Position numbers and translations under genes: made by a program. DNA of 64,000 nucleotides from Paragordius varius (taxonomy: Eukaryota > Animalia > Nematomorpha): contig OZ176052.1 of assembly GCA_964247055.1 (NCBI GenBank), positions 10,168,001 through 10,232,000 on the forward strand. The letters are read 5' to 3'. The first letter of the stretch is position 1; every line of letters begins with the position of its first letter. The notes under the pieces were generated by a model. That model did not search any database. It was given only the letters and a program-made list of their open reading frames with translations, and was not told the DNA's origin. Below are positions 25,487 to 39,100 of the stretch, piece by piece.

Positions 25487-28400
25487 CTCTAAATTAAGCC
25501 ACCCAATTGACATTTTTGAGAAAATAAGCCTCCAAAGATATATTTTAAAAGCAGTTTAAGTTATAAGAATATATATAATAAATATTAATGGTTTTAGATA
25601 TTTACCGTAGAAATACGCTTTATTTAAATAAGCCGCTGGGTATAGCTCGATCTGTAGAATCTACCACCGTATAAAAATAACGTGGCATTTTAATAACTTT
25701 TCGAAAACATATGGGACGATTTGAAAATGTTCAATTCCCCGCATAAAGGCAATGATATAATTAACTTCTGGATAGAAATCCACCTTATGTTAAATACGCA
25801 CCCTGATAAAAATAAATTGTTTTTAAATCTTTTTTCCCGAATTACCTATAAAACCATGTATATTTTTGAAATTAGCCCTTGAGTACAGGCCTACCCAATG
25901 TAAAATACGAATGCGCTTTTTCCGCCACACCCAACACAATAGCGTTTTAACAAAAAAACATAAAACATTTTTTAAGGCAATTTTTTGGAAAATTTATCAG
26001 CCATGTAAAGAATGGTGAAAGATAGTATAAAGGTATAGGTTATAATTAAACGCATTTATATTGCCTCAGTGTAGAATCGTTATATCCCCTCACTAATCGT
26101 GATTTAACGACTCCGAAAAACGTTGAGATTCACTCCAATTTGGTCTTTTACATTTCTAATGAATTTCTCATCACATCCAAACCACATTTTCTGAAACTGA
26201 AAGTCTCAGAGACGCATGACAGGGCATAGTCATAATGTGAATAATTTTATTTATTTAAACAATCTTTATTATGAATATTAGCCTTTGGAATAAAAAATAA
26301 ATCGAAAGGTAATTTATGTGCCAAAAATCGAAGCTGAAAACATGCGCGTTAATAAGCCGTCCAAAATAGACTTACTAGAATCCATATTTTTTCCTACTTT
26401 TTAAGTTAAAAGCTTTTGAAAATTTAAACAAAATGGGGGCTAATTCTTTATTTTTAAAATATAAATCACAGTCATTACCATTTGAGTTATTTGAGTCCAT
26501 TTGGTCTACCGTTTTTAACAGCATAAATATGGTAAACAATGTATTTAAAAGTCAAATTGCAGCATATTTTAAAAATCCCTTTTACTCGACCTTTGGGCTT
26601 TAACACTCCACTACCTTTTTGTGGTAATTTTATATTGCGCATTATAAACAAGTAAGAAATGCTTGTCAGAATTTTCCCGTCATTATTTTCCATAATTTTA
26701 ATCATATGTGTATATGGTAATAAAATGTATATAATTAATTTATTTAAGTCTACATTTTACCAGCAAACACTTGATTTTAATTTAAGTATCAGCTGTTCTT
26801 TTCAATTGTGTTTTGTAACTGTCCCAATTTTGGACTCTTGAAGTCACAAAATTATAAAATATAAGCTTTTTTCTAATACATCAGAATGTTTGATTTAAAT
26901 GTTAACTAAAATAAGTTTCAAAATTGTAGTTTATTTATAAAATTAAACTCTGGCATATAAAAATACGCCAAAAAGTGAACCAGGATAAAAAGTGAAGAAG
27001 TAACAAGGTGTTTACATCCTTTAATGGAGATCTTTACACCAATCAATTAGTATTTTTAAAACCGATAATATTGGGTAATTTAAACTCTTTAAAATATTGG
27101 GCAAATAATTTTTAAAAAATGCACAATTTTAAAAAATCTCTACTCAACTTTTAGCCGTAAAATATTTTGTTTTTTTTGTGAATTTCCTAATAAAATCGTA
27201 AATATGAATATTATATGTTAGATAAAGTAGCTTAAGTAATTAATTAAAATTTTGCAACAAATATATCATAAATATTTATAGTATGCTCTTTGTTTTGATG
27301 GGTTGTAAGTTATAAGGGTTTTTGTAGAGCAGCAGTGAAATGTTCGCGGGCCGCATCAATCAACACTTAATAAATAGAAAAACATAATTATAATTAAACA
27401 TATTATTACACAAATAATGCGCTAACATTTATTTCCACCCAGCCTTAAGGGAGAAAAAGAGCAATATACCCTAACTGGCATAACAAAATAAATGCTTGAT
27501 GTTAACTAAAAACAATATCTAAATATTGATTTCTTCAACAAGAAGGTATCTATATCTTGTATAGCCTCCACTAAAATGATATGTCTCGAGCATCCTTTAT
27601 TTTCATACGTAAAGAGATTAGTTGATTCTGCCGGAAGTTTGCTTTAAACTACATTTATTGATTAGGGAAAGACAATGCGATATAATTATTGTTCATGTAG
27701 AATATAGTGTGTGAATCTAAAGCGATTTATGATAATATACGATTAAAATTAAAGGCTTAATTTATAGCACGTGAATGGCTGGGTTTGCCAAAAAAAGGTC
27801 GTCAGGTATTTATGTTAAGGTAGCGTCGAAAATACCAGCCCCTCACTTCGGATCAAAAACAATTTTAACGCAAACATAGTTCATGGTCCTAGTTTTTTAA
27901 TCCAAAGATTTTAGTCTCGTTATGTTTTTATATGAAACTGCCTGATACGGAGAAAATATTGATTTGCATGACTCTTTTGCTCGATCAGTCTTGATAGGTG
28001 GATTATATGAATTATTATCGAATAAATTCATATAAATTATTACAGGGAGGTGACAACAGATTTTTGTTTCCTTATCGAGATAAAATTTTAAAAATCACTA
28101 GCCCTCTTAGCCCTTAGAAATGTCTGACTTTCTAATATATAAAAATTACCTGATCCTAACAGGCTTTTTAAATATAATTAGCACGGCAATTATCAATTAA
28201 ATATAAAAAGGTACCTAAAAAGATTTTTTGGTAATTAGGAATTAAGTAGAGTGGATACATCTTACATAAGCGCAAGCTAAAATAAAAAATTCCGTTTTAG
28301 GTTTATAAAAATAAAATTTTGTTACTTTCAGAAACTAAATATACAAATCTAATTACACATCCGTAATTATGTATTTGGGCCTTAAAGTTTTACGTTTATT

Positions 28401-28538
28401 TTTAATCACCTTTGGCGAAGAAAAAAGTTTTATTAAATCTTCCATACATAGCATATTCGCTCTATCCCATTTAACGATATTTACAATGTTACAAAGCTTC
28501 ATAGCAGCTCTGTAAATATGACACATGCTTAATTTCAT

Positions 28539-30815
28539 ATGGCCCTTATCGTCATTGTAGGGTATCCCTCAGGTTTGAAATCAACCTTTTCAGAAAAATT
28601 ATGCTATTTTTTGAAAACGGGAGAAAAGAAAAATGTTAAAATAATCTCCGATAATAATTTTATTGAAAATTACAACATTGTTTATTCTGGTAATTTTAAT
28701 CTATATTTAGATTTGAATCGAGAAAAGGAGTTGCGTCAGAGATTAAAATCTGAAGTTAGAAAGGAATTAAATGCTAATACGATTGTATTATTGGATGCAT
28801 TAAATTATATAAAAAGTAAATATTGAACAATTTTATAAGTCAAGGTTTTAGATATGAACTCTATTGTTTGACCAAATCTCAAAAATTAAAATATTGTGTG
28901 GTTTATTATTATATAAATTTAGATATTTTGTATGGTTGAAAAGCAGCAATGTATTGAATTAAATAATACGAAAAGATACGATGAAAAAACGTATATTGTC
29001 TGTAATTATTTGTAGTTTGCTTGATATATATGCCAGGTTTGAAGAACCGAATTTCAAAAATCGTTGGGACATGCCTCTCTACATAGTTAATCCATATAAA
29101 TCCGATATTAATTTTCATGAGATATATGATACTCTATTATCTGACAATAACAGTTCATTAAATCCAAATTTGGCCACAAAAAACGATTTGACTCCTCTAA
29201 ACCATTTACAGGATATTGATAATGTAACATCCTCAATAATAAAAGTAATTTTTTCTTTAATTTTTTTAAGTTTTCTTTTTTATGCCAAATATTCTGGCAA
29301 TTAAATTACTAAAAAAATTTGAATATTTTTTACCATTGTTTTTTGAATGAAGTTTGAACTTTTTTCCTCCATTAAAGTTGCGAATTTAAATGTTGTGATA
29401 GGTAGTTATTTAACACTTGGATACAACACATTCATTTCGGTCCTTCGTTTAAAATTGGGGCAGTTGGATACCTTAGGCCTGTTTAAAATTAAATTATTTA
29501 AGAAATTAGGAAGGAATCGAAACCATCGCAAAATTTTGCACTTATATAACATTAACAAACCGGAATATATAAAAAATTTTATTCAAAAATACTTGATAAT
29601 ACTTATTAGAAGCTAAAACCCAAAGGTAATTTAGTTAATGTGGTATATGAGCAATGGTTTATTGAAAACTAATATAAAATAAACCGATTTTTCTATTTTT
29701 ATCAATGTTAGCTCTAATTTAAATAAAAAATTACCTTTAATTTTACCCTTAAAATTTAATGAAGACGATATTTGCAAAAATTTTGGAAAATAAAAATGGC
29801 GTCGAAGTAGTTTGACATGGAACTTTTTTTTCAAAACAAAATTTTATTCGGATATTTTGGGCATATTTATATAAGTTTAATTAAGATAAAAGCAATTTAA
29901 ATTGGGACCTTTTCCTTCAGTAGTTTTTTAAAAATCCTAACTTTACCCCAATTTGAATCGAAATGTTAATATCTGCATTCTTAAGCTTCGCTCTGTCTGA
30001 TCAGGATTACGATTTTAAAATTTGACGTGTTATAAATAAGTTAAGAAATTTCTTTTAGTGATAACTTTGGGGGAACCATTATTCACATGATTTTAGAAGA
30101 TTATTTATCAATATGCATACATACTATGTTATAGCCTATTATATTTCAATATTTGCATCAGAGATGTTCTGCAAATCGAAACTTGCTTATAATCGATTAT
30201 TTATTTACGAATTAATCTTTAAAATGCATTTATACTTATTTGCTTAATGGGTTAAAAACAAAATTAAAAAACTTATAAAAATTATGTTTTACCTGATAAA
30301 AAAAAGTTTTTATTGTTTTTCAATTAAAATCTAGGGGTATTGCCTAAAATTAATTTTATAAAAAAATTATATGTAGCGATAATCTAAATATTGATAGAAT
30401 TTTCATCTTAGTGGTTATCAAAAATTCTGTTGGGAGTTTTTATGAGATAATGCCATCATTTTTTATAAATCTATAATATGTTCATAGAGACAGCATCAGA
30501 TCATTTTAGCGACCACAGTTTATTAAAATTCTTATTTCCTTTATTAGTTTTAATCAAATATTAATATGTTTATATTTTTTACAGAAAATTCAGGACAACA
30601 ATAAACCTGGAAATGTTATAGAATTCGAACTCAATTTACCAACCTTTACGATTGGCACAAAACCAATTTCACTAATAAAGTTGCACATTAGGCGTGAATT
30701 TTATAATATGTTAAGTACTCGATTTCCCACATCAAAAAATTATGAAAACCCTATGGATCACAATTTTATGATTAAACAAATATTTATACAGTATTTGTCA
30801 GAGAACTTGAAATAA
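28539..30815 (+). CDS. KTI12: KTI12, Elongator-associated P-loop protein
   Basis: MALIVIVGYPSGLKST, VYS|DLNREKELR, LLDALNYIK|SFRYELYCLTK, RFEEPNFKNRWDMPL; last exon ~30585-30815 (RREF...FIQYLSENLK*). Four introns of 21-29 nt and one of ~1.3 kb. Confidence 0.92.
29412..29990. mobile_element. MITE family A copy inside the long KTI12 intron
   Basis: 29417-29600 matches the reverse complement of 14640-14822; a degenerate opposite end lies near 29945-29965. Confidence 0.6.
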
Positions 30816-31142
30816 TCAATAAATATAACATTTTAACTTTAATTCTCCATAATATGCCATGTTCCTGCTTATTAATTCTTGTAAAACAATAATTGCTATT
30901 TATGTTTATACTAATAAATCGATTTCTTTGAAACCGAATCGTAAGGTACCATGACAAATTGTAGAAAAATGTTTACGACAAAAGTTTAAAAACTCAAACA
31001 TTAAGAATAAAATTTATTTATTGATATATAATTAAATTGATTCACATTCTTCAGTATAAAAATGATTTGTTTTCCTGAACAACATTTATAATATTTAAAA
31101 ACATTATTTATGTGCATGATTATTTTGTATAAAAGTAGTTTA

Positions 31143-34100
31143 TTACCATCTAACCCGTTCTTTATATTCAGTTTTAACGCTGAGTCGTTTCATAGATTCA
31201 TACCCAAGTATAATAAAAAAGGAATAAACAATGGATTGACTACAGCGGGCCGAAAGGCCCTTCTTAAATATGTTTAATCCTTCTTCATTCCATAACGTTT
31301 TAATGGTTGCTGGGTATGACATTCTACTAACCTATGAAACAAGGAATATAACATTTTAGTTTTACAGTAAAAAATAAAATTATAGGCACAAAGTGTAAAA
31401 ACATATTTTCTTAAAAGACCGCTATACTTTTTAAAACTTTTTTTTTGAATATAAAAGTCATCGTTTAAAACAGCACAAAGTATGAAATAGAGATGATCAA
31501 TTATATATTTAACCATTGTAATTGTATAGTTTAGATATGAAAAAAATTGTTTAAAAATATAAGGTGACTTTTGAAAGAAAATATTTATTTCATTAATTTT
31601 TTACGTTTTGTCTGTATAATTTCAATTTTTACGGTATTTACATTATTTTATAAATGTAAATTATTCTGAATACAATGGGTAATATTGATATTATTGAAAT
31701 TCCCAGTATATAAATTATATATACATTGAATTGGAGGCTGGAGAGCTTTTATTAAATACTTTATCCAGTCTTATAAGGCGTTTTTCCAGTTAATCAACTA
31801 TCTACATTAGGACACAACGTTTTTATTGACTGAAAAAATGTTTTGTTGGAAATTATTCAATAACTGTTTAGATTAAGAAGAATAAATGGATGATGGATAA
31901 TTTTAGGACTCCATATTCGGAGTTTTGTATCCACGAAGTAGTTTCCTCCATAAATTACGATCTTTACATTGTTCTGTGGAAAGGCTACGTTGATTCAAGC
32001 CCATTTTTATATTATCATTATAAGAAAAGAGTGGTCGTCCCTTTCTTCTATTGCCATCAACATTAATGTTATCAACAGTTTTTAAAGGATGGGTGGCGTC
32101 TCTTCTCTGAGTATGACCGTAGAGACGCAATCTGTTTGTTGAATTATATAATCGATTTTATCGTTTTCTTTAATGAAAATTGGTATTTCTGGTGTACGAA
32201 AGCAGCTTTTGAGGATTCGATTCTCACTGGTTAGGAGTTTTGTTTGATTTGTTTTGTTTAATGCCCAGGTTTCAGAACCATAGGTAAGAGCAGGTCTTAT
32301 TCCTGCCTTGTAAAGATACCATTTATTACGATTGTTAACATTTTTGTTTTGGAAAACATATTTAATTGATTATATTTTATCCAACCTTGTTGTATTCTTA
32401 TTTTGATAGCCTTTTGTGGGCTTCCCTGAGATGATATGACATCTCCTAGGTATACGAAAGAGTCAACCAATTCGATGTCATGTCCATCAATGTTAAGTAG
32501 CTTTGGTCGATTAAAATTTTTATTGCTTGGGTCTAAGCAATTTAAGCATTTAAAATTTATTACATTTGTTAACTTGTCTTTTATTTTAGAGCACTTTTTG
32601 TGTACCCACAATTGACATGATATGCATTTAATGGAATTTGAACGTACTTCCTTACTGCAAATGGAACAGGGGTATCTGGGTGTTTCACTTTCACCCGTTA
32701 TCATTATTTTTGTTTTTGTGGCGTTTATGATCATCCCATATTGTTCAAGGCATTTCTTCCACTTGGAAAATGTATTTACCAATTGATCCCATGATCGTGT
32801 CGTTATCACGAGGTCGTCGGCGAATAACATTTTCCAAGGGCATTCAGTTCTTATGTCTTGCGTTGCCGCATCCATTATAGTAATAAAAAGGAGTGGACTT
32901 AGGACTGAACCCTGATGTAGTCCAGCGTTTGTTGGGAAATTGTTTGTATTGCCAATATTGGTTTTAACGTTGGTTGTTGTATTTTTATAGAGTAGTAATA
33001 AAATTTGTATAGTATGTTCTTCTATTCCCTTTTTACGTAGTGCCCATTGAATTGTGGAGCGTGGTATTTGGTCAAACGCACGTTCCAGATCTACAAAGAC
33101 ATGGTATAGCTTTTGTTTCTTTTCCAGATATTTTTCTTGTAAGCGTCTTAGGATGAACAAGGGATCAATTGTGCTACTGTTTGGACAAAATGCAAACTGA
33201 TTCGAATCTAAGTTTATAAGTTTTCTCAGCTTGTTTTCTAAAATATTTTCGAATATTTTCAGTGTGTCCAGAAGTTTTAAAGGTCGGTAGGACGATGTTT
33301 TTAAACGATCGCCTTTATTTTTATAAATGGGGATTATTATGCTGTTCTTCCAATCGTTGGAAGTTTGGTTTGTAATTATTATTTGGTTAAAGAGTTTTGT
33401 CAGATACTCTGCAGTGTTTTTGATGGGTCGAATGAGGTCGACTGAAAGGCTGCTTGGACCTGGAGCTTTGTTACTTTTTAATTTATTGATTGCAGTTGTG
33501 ACTTCATCTATGGTGATTTCTTGTATGGGACCAGCTACTGGTGAAACTATGCTAATTTGTTTGGTCGGGTTTACTTGGTTGAGTTGTTTTTCTAAGTTCG
33601 TTTTCCAAATTTCTTTGACTTTCAAGGGATTCGTTATTATATTATCATTATCATTTTTAATACATTTTATGGTTTTAACATCTTTATTACTATTGTTAAG
33701 GTTTTTGAGTCTTTTAAAAATCGTTTGGTTTTTAAAGTTTTTTTCTAAATTTTCAGCGATTTTAACGGATTTTTCATTCATAGCGTGTCGAATGGCTTTT
33801 TGGACCTCTCGTTTTTTGTCATCATAAACTTTTTTATCATCATTATTTTTCGAGCTTTTCCACTTTTTATATGCTTCGCCTTTTTCACGCAACAATGGTT
33901 TTATTTCATTTTTCCACCATCAGCTTTTCCGTTGCCTCATTGGTTTAGTAAAGCCACAATGTATTTTAGCAGATGTTAGAATTGTGCGTTTGAAATTTTT
34001 CCATAGAGTTTCAACATTGTTTTGTTCGGGAATATGTAACTCTGTGTTTTTGGTATATTCGGTTAATAATTTTGAATCCTTTAACTTTGCTTTATTTATT

Positions 34101-37100
34101 TTTTGGGGTTGGAATGCGGTCTTACGGCTTTTCTCAATGATTAGAAATGCTGTTATTAGCTTGTGTTGATAGGAGGGTTGATAGTAAGTTTTGATGTTTG
34201 TTAAATGTTTCCTAATGTTTTTGGGAATCAATATGAAGTCTATCATAGATGAGTGATCACCAGAATTATAAGTTATGTGCTGGTTGCTTTTTTTCTTAAA
34301 ATGGGTATTTGCGACTATGAGTTGATTTGCAATGCAAAAGTCTAGCAAACTCTCGCCCATCTTATCGAGGGTTCCGACGCCATTTCCACCATGCACGCCA
34401 TGGTATTCATTACTGTCATTATTAATATGGCAATTAAAATCACCACCAACAAAGGTTTGTTCGCTAGAAGAAGTTTTGTTCATCAAATCATAGAGGGCTT
34501 CCCAATATTCGTTTTTTGATGCTTCGCTTAGACCAGATTGTGGTGCGTAAGTTGAAACTATATTTATTACATTATCATTCATCAATATTTTTATTTGAAT
34601 CATTCTTGGATTATGTCTTATTACATCAAATATGTTATCAAGATAGATGTTTTTAATGAAAATCGCAACACCACCTTGTCCCTTGTCATTTCCTTTATAG
34701 AATAATGTACAATCGTTTAAGTTTTTTAATCCCTCTCCTTTCATTCTGGCCTCTTGGATGCAACATATATCTATATTGTTATGGCTAAGAGTGTTTGTTA
34801 CCATTAATATTTTGTTAACTAGGGTACCCACATTCCATGTGGCAAATTTCAGAACTGTTTTATTATTATTACTAACGGTATTATTTATTTTCAGTTATTT
34901 TGGTAATTTTTATTATTTAAAGTTTATATCAAAAAATATAGGGTATAAAAGTGTAAATAGGAAATATTATCAAAATAATTATTATAAGTTGAATTATTAT
35001 TGTTATTTGAGATGTTGATAAGGTTTTAGTGTTCTTTCATATTCATATTATTATACTTCATGGTTTATTGAGGCAATTTTTTACGCATCACATGCCCTTG
35101 TGTACAACTAATGATTTTACAGATCATTAGAAAACTGCCTTTGCCGTTAGCGCATTTTCATGCCCCAGCCAACACCACGGGGAAGTGGCAATAGGACTTT
35201 GTTGGCCTAAGAAGAATAAATGCAAAAAAATTAAAAGGCATTTTCTCAAAAAAACAATACTTTTCAACCTTGAGTTTTACATGTCTCGAATTAAATATTT
35301 GATTTTCATAATTTACACTTCTATGCCCTATTTTGCAAATCAAAATAGTGTATGTTTTCTAACTCATGATTTTAAAATTTGTTTTATAAAAAAAATTGTC
35401 TAAGGTTGGTCAATTAGTGTCTATTTTTAGTATATATGAGTTTGTATAGATGACTTAAACTTATAAAATATATTATTACAAAAATATTTTTACATATATA
35501 CAATTTTTTACAAATTTACCTGTACACGGGCCCTTATGAGATCCAGAGGATTTGTGCAAAAAGCAGCAGTAATACCAGCAAAAGGTGCAGAAATGCATTG
35601 TAATAAGAGTAAGGGGACACCGTGTGAAGCGATTGAAGCTAAATAATCTAAAAAAAGATAAATACAAGTAAAATTTAAAGATTCATCCTTGATATTATTT
35701 AAATAATCTAAACTATATGATTACATTTTGAAATATAAACTATCTATTTACACCTCTATACTAACTTCGAAACCCAAAAGCTATATTTAAAAAGTAGTTA
35801 TGTTTTACTTCTAATATTTTACTGAAAGATAAAAAATCAGGCGTTTGTATTTTCACAAGCTCAATTTTTGCCTAAAACAGTATATAAAGCGCCGTTAAAT
35901 ACAGTATGAGTAAGTATACATTGCTAGAAAGTTATTAATTATCGAATAGTAAATACAACAAAGGGCAATATTATTGGCTAATAATAGTAAAAGTGAAAAA
36001 AATAACTATAACCCAATAATACTTCCCTTTTTTCTATTTACTATTTGGCAATAATTAATAACTTTCTAGCAATGTATACTTACTCATAACGCAATTAAAA
36101 TGTCAATTAATCAATTTAGTAAAAAACAGATGCTTATAAAATAGAACAAAATTACCAAATTTAAACAAAACGTTGATAATTACCATTTTGTTATGCTTTT
36201 TTGGTTAATATTTATTCAACATACTTATAGGGTAGCATTTGATATAGAATTTCGTAACTTTTAGATATAATTTTAAGGATTGCATTATAATAAAGATTAT
36301 TAGATTATTTAATAGTATATTCCAGTATTTTAGCTAATTAAAATAATAGATAAATATATCTAGCCAAAAATTTAGGAGAAGAGTTCAATATTGCTTTTCA
36401 AAAATATATCATCCGATTAAATCGGTTTTTTTCAAGTTTTTTTCCTCAATGACTTTTACCAGCATATCAAAATTAGATGCACACAATATAATAATATACA
36501 AGTACCTCTGGAAAAATATTTTTATTTAAAAATTAATCGGAGGATTTGTTATCATGGAACATGATTTACAACAATATAAAATCTATTATAATTCTTTATC
36601 AAAAAATAATGAAATATACTGCTGTAAGTTTGATAGGCTGACCACCAAATAGCAGAATTCGGAACGTAGCAAAGAAGGGAAGCAAAATATCCGCGATAAA
36701 ATCCAAACAAACCATCTTTCCTGTAAGAATTAAAGAAGAGAGCTAAATATATATCTCATAACATACTTGTAAATAGTAGACACAATAGCTTGAGTAAGAC
36801 CTTTTCGGTTAAATTCATATTTGTTTCCTAATTCCAAAGAATCTAAATGGTATATTTTTCCGAGGGGAACTTTGGATTTGGTTGATGAACCACCATAAAC
36901 CATCATGTGCTGCGATACTATGTCACAGGGTACTAAAATCGTTTGATTAACTAAAGATGCACATCCTCCTGCTATAAATGCTCTGTACTTTGTGTCTTGG
37001 ATGTTTGAATAGTTTTTTAAAATATGACGGGTTGTTTCATAAGACGTAATGTAAAAAAGGCCTGAGAGTAATTGAATAGAACTAATGATAAACCCCTTAT

Positions 37101-37335
37101 AAAGACCACCAAAACCTTCGTATTTTAGTATATTCTTATAGGCGTCCCAAGTGCCGCTATACATATCTTTTTGTTTCTGAACTTGTATTCGCGTTTTGAT
37201 GACACTTAATGGATACAGCATTGTGCGAACTCCAAATGAAGATAAAAATATTAAGGGATAAAATTTCTGTTTTTCCATCATATGCCATTCTATAGTGGTA
37301 AGTTTTCCTAGGTTTTCGTCTTGAAAATGATGCAT
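31143..37335 (-). CDS. SLC25A44: Mitochondrial carrier SLC25A44
   Basis: Exons 37335-36767, 36720-~36622, ~35637-35520, 31331-31143. TIEWHMMEKQKFYPL, YPLSVIKTRIQ, VPCDIVSQHMM, GFYRGYFASL.CYVPNSAIWW, TNPLDLIRARVQ, EEGLNIFKKGLSAR..GYESMKRLS...W*. Confidence 0.93.
31870..34900 (-). mobile_element. Near full-length RTE-clade non-LTR retrotransposon (APE + RT with inserted PHD finger), disrupted
   Basis: FATWNVGTL, QEARM, YAPQ, GGDFN, SMIDFI, SYQHKL (APE); GLHQGSVLSPLLF, LFADDL, FVYLG (RT); YGSETW, RLRLYGH, GRP, DRNLWR (RTE C-terminus). One in-frame TGA at 33920-33922 and frameshifts near 32340 and 32140. Lies in SLC25A44 intron 3. Confidence 0.95.
35905..36088. mobile_element. MITE family C (~38-bp perfect TIR TATGAGTAAGTATACATTGCTAGAAAGTTATTAATTAT) in SLC25A44 intron 2
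   Basis: Perfect inverted ends; a partial copy occurs at 6898-6936 just inside a MALT1 intron. Confidence 0.8.
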
Positions 37336-37989
37336 GCTTTTTGGGTTTATCACATTTGATATTAATCATATGAATGACCTTTGATTATCGCTTGATAATA
37401 TCATATGTGTTCTTTATTGAAATTTGGATTTTAGCTTTTCAAAATTATTGGTTATCCTTAATTGTTACCAATGATCTGTTTAAGGGCCTGGTTTTTCAAC
37501 CATCATTGATAACTATCACTCCTTTTGATTCGAAAAAATTTCAATCAGCATCTGCCTTTGGAGAATCTAGGATTTCTTGTGAAGGGTTCATTAGCAGCTA
37601 TAGTTGGCGAATGGATAGGACATTTTATAGTTTAATTGAGGGAATCCAAATTATTGTCAAATTTTGACTGGTTTAAAAGCTTGCATTTTTATTAGTTTTT
37701 TAGCTTTATCGTGCGTGGAGCTTTTATTTATGTAACGTGAAGGGTGGATTAGATAATAAAAATGCTTTAATAGCTAATCTCCGTATTAAAGTATCAGTTA
37801 AATTAGGAGTCTATCTTTTCACACCATACTAATGTTAACATTAATAAAGTTAACATTAATTTTGAGTAACATTTTAATTATATATATAAATTTATTTTTG
37901 AAAGTGTTGTCATTTCTTTCATTTTAGTTTCATATACGCGATTGTTTTACAAATTGCATGCCTTTGCAAATCAAAAGACTATTTCGGTG

Positions 37990-38530
37990 TCCCTGACCTA
38001 TGGAATCGCCTCTCTGGGCTTACGGAGTTCCATCTCCGCTTACAATTATTACTGATTGGTTGTTTCTAACAACTGGTTATAGCGCCAGATATACCCGCTT
38101 TATCATCTGTGTGAATGCAGGACCAAGGTGCACCACGCGGTGGAAGGACGTCCCATACTCCTGTATAGAAGCGAGACATGGCCGATGTCAGATTCAATCG
38201 AGAAAAAACTAATGAACATAGAAAAGCGGATGCTATTCGACCCCAATAAATCAAATTTAAATTTGCATCAACTGTACCAAATCGAACCTTTAAATCTTCT
38301 GCTTATAAAAAATAGGTTTAGATATTTCGGACACATCAAACGTGCTCCAGAAAAATGGACAAATAAAATTTTATCCCTACATCCCGAAGGTAACAATCGC
38401 AGGGGTACTTGGGAAAAAACTAATAATTATTTAAGTGATGCCAACATTGATGATAACAGTTGGTAGCGCAAATATTACAGACAGATTCTATACGGATACA
38501 ATGGCTAGCCATTACACAAAGACGATACAT
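37990..38530 (+). mobile_element. 5'-truncated RTE LINE fragment (second subfamily)
   Basis: RTKV...RPILLYRSETW...KKLMNIEKRML...NRFRYFGHIKR, matching the RTE C-terminal region; GC-elevated. Confidence 0.8.
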
Positions 38531-38889
38531 ATAAATATATAAATTTAGTTGTTAGCACAGGGGTAAAAATATTAGGTGTACATGTGTTATCTAAACATGA
38601 ATAATTTTTAAGGTTGTATAAATGGATACCGCTCATTAATGCTATTACCCTTAATGTAATGGAAAAAGGGTAATTATTTTTACAACCCTGTTTCAGATTA
38701 TGCAGTAATATCAGCTTTATTATTTTCGTTAGATTCCTCTAACTTCTTCGGTTCAACATAAAAATAAAATTAAAATAAAGATACACAATAAAATGTTCCA
38801 GTTCCAACTTTTTCAGATCACTTAATTCTAGTTCTAATTATCAAATTTTAAGTATTAATTTAATAACGCATATCACAGTTCTGGAAGAA

Positions 38890-39100
38890 ATTAATTTTTA
38901 TGCTATCAAACAGAGGCATCAACCTCGCAGCTATTCATTCAATCGGAAAAAATGGGCAGGTTAAAGTGGGCGAGCCACATACTTTGCAGAAAACCATCTA
39001 ATATTCTGCAAACAGCATGAAAAGCGGGCAGATTCCATATAACATATCTCCAAACGATTCTGGTGATCTGGCGCATAAATTGAAAAAGGTAGCCTATGAA
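38890..39100 (+). mobile_element. Highly degenerate LINE 3' remnant
   Basis: GRLKWASHIL.RK resembles the LINE RL.W.GH..R motif; in-frame stops present. Confidence 0.4.

Noticed and set aside
31247-31260. Perfect GNRA hairpin GGGCC-GAAA-GGCCC (ribozyme or terminator candidate)
   Set aside because: It encodes KGLSAR of SLC25A44 on the minus strand; no hammerhead core nearby.
33920-33922. TGA in the LINE WWW motif as evidence for UGA=Trp or an alternative genetic code
   Set aside because: Host genes use TGG for Trp and end in TAA; a single G>A change in a decaying TE is sufficient.
33327-33979. Plus-strand ORFs of 166 and 64 aa
   Set aside because: Antisense shadows of the RTE ORF.
37374-37667. 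97-aa plus-strand ORF upstream of SLC25A44
   Set aside because: No recognisable motif or splice support; may be decayed TE sequence.
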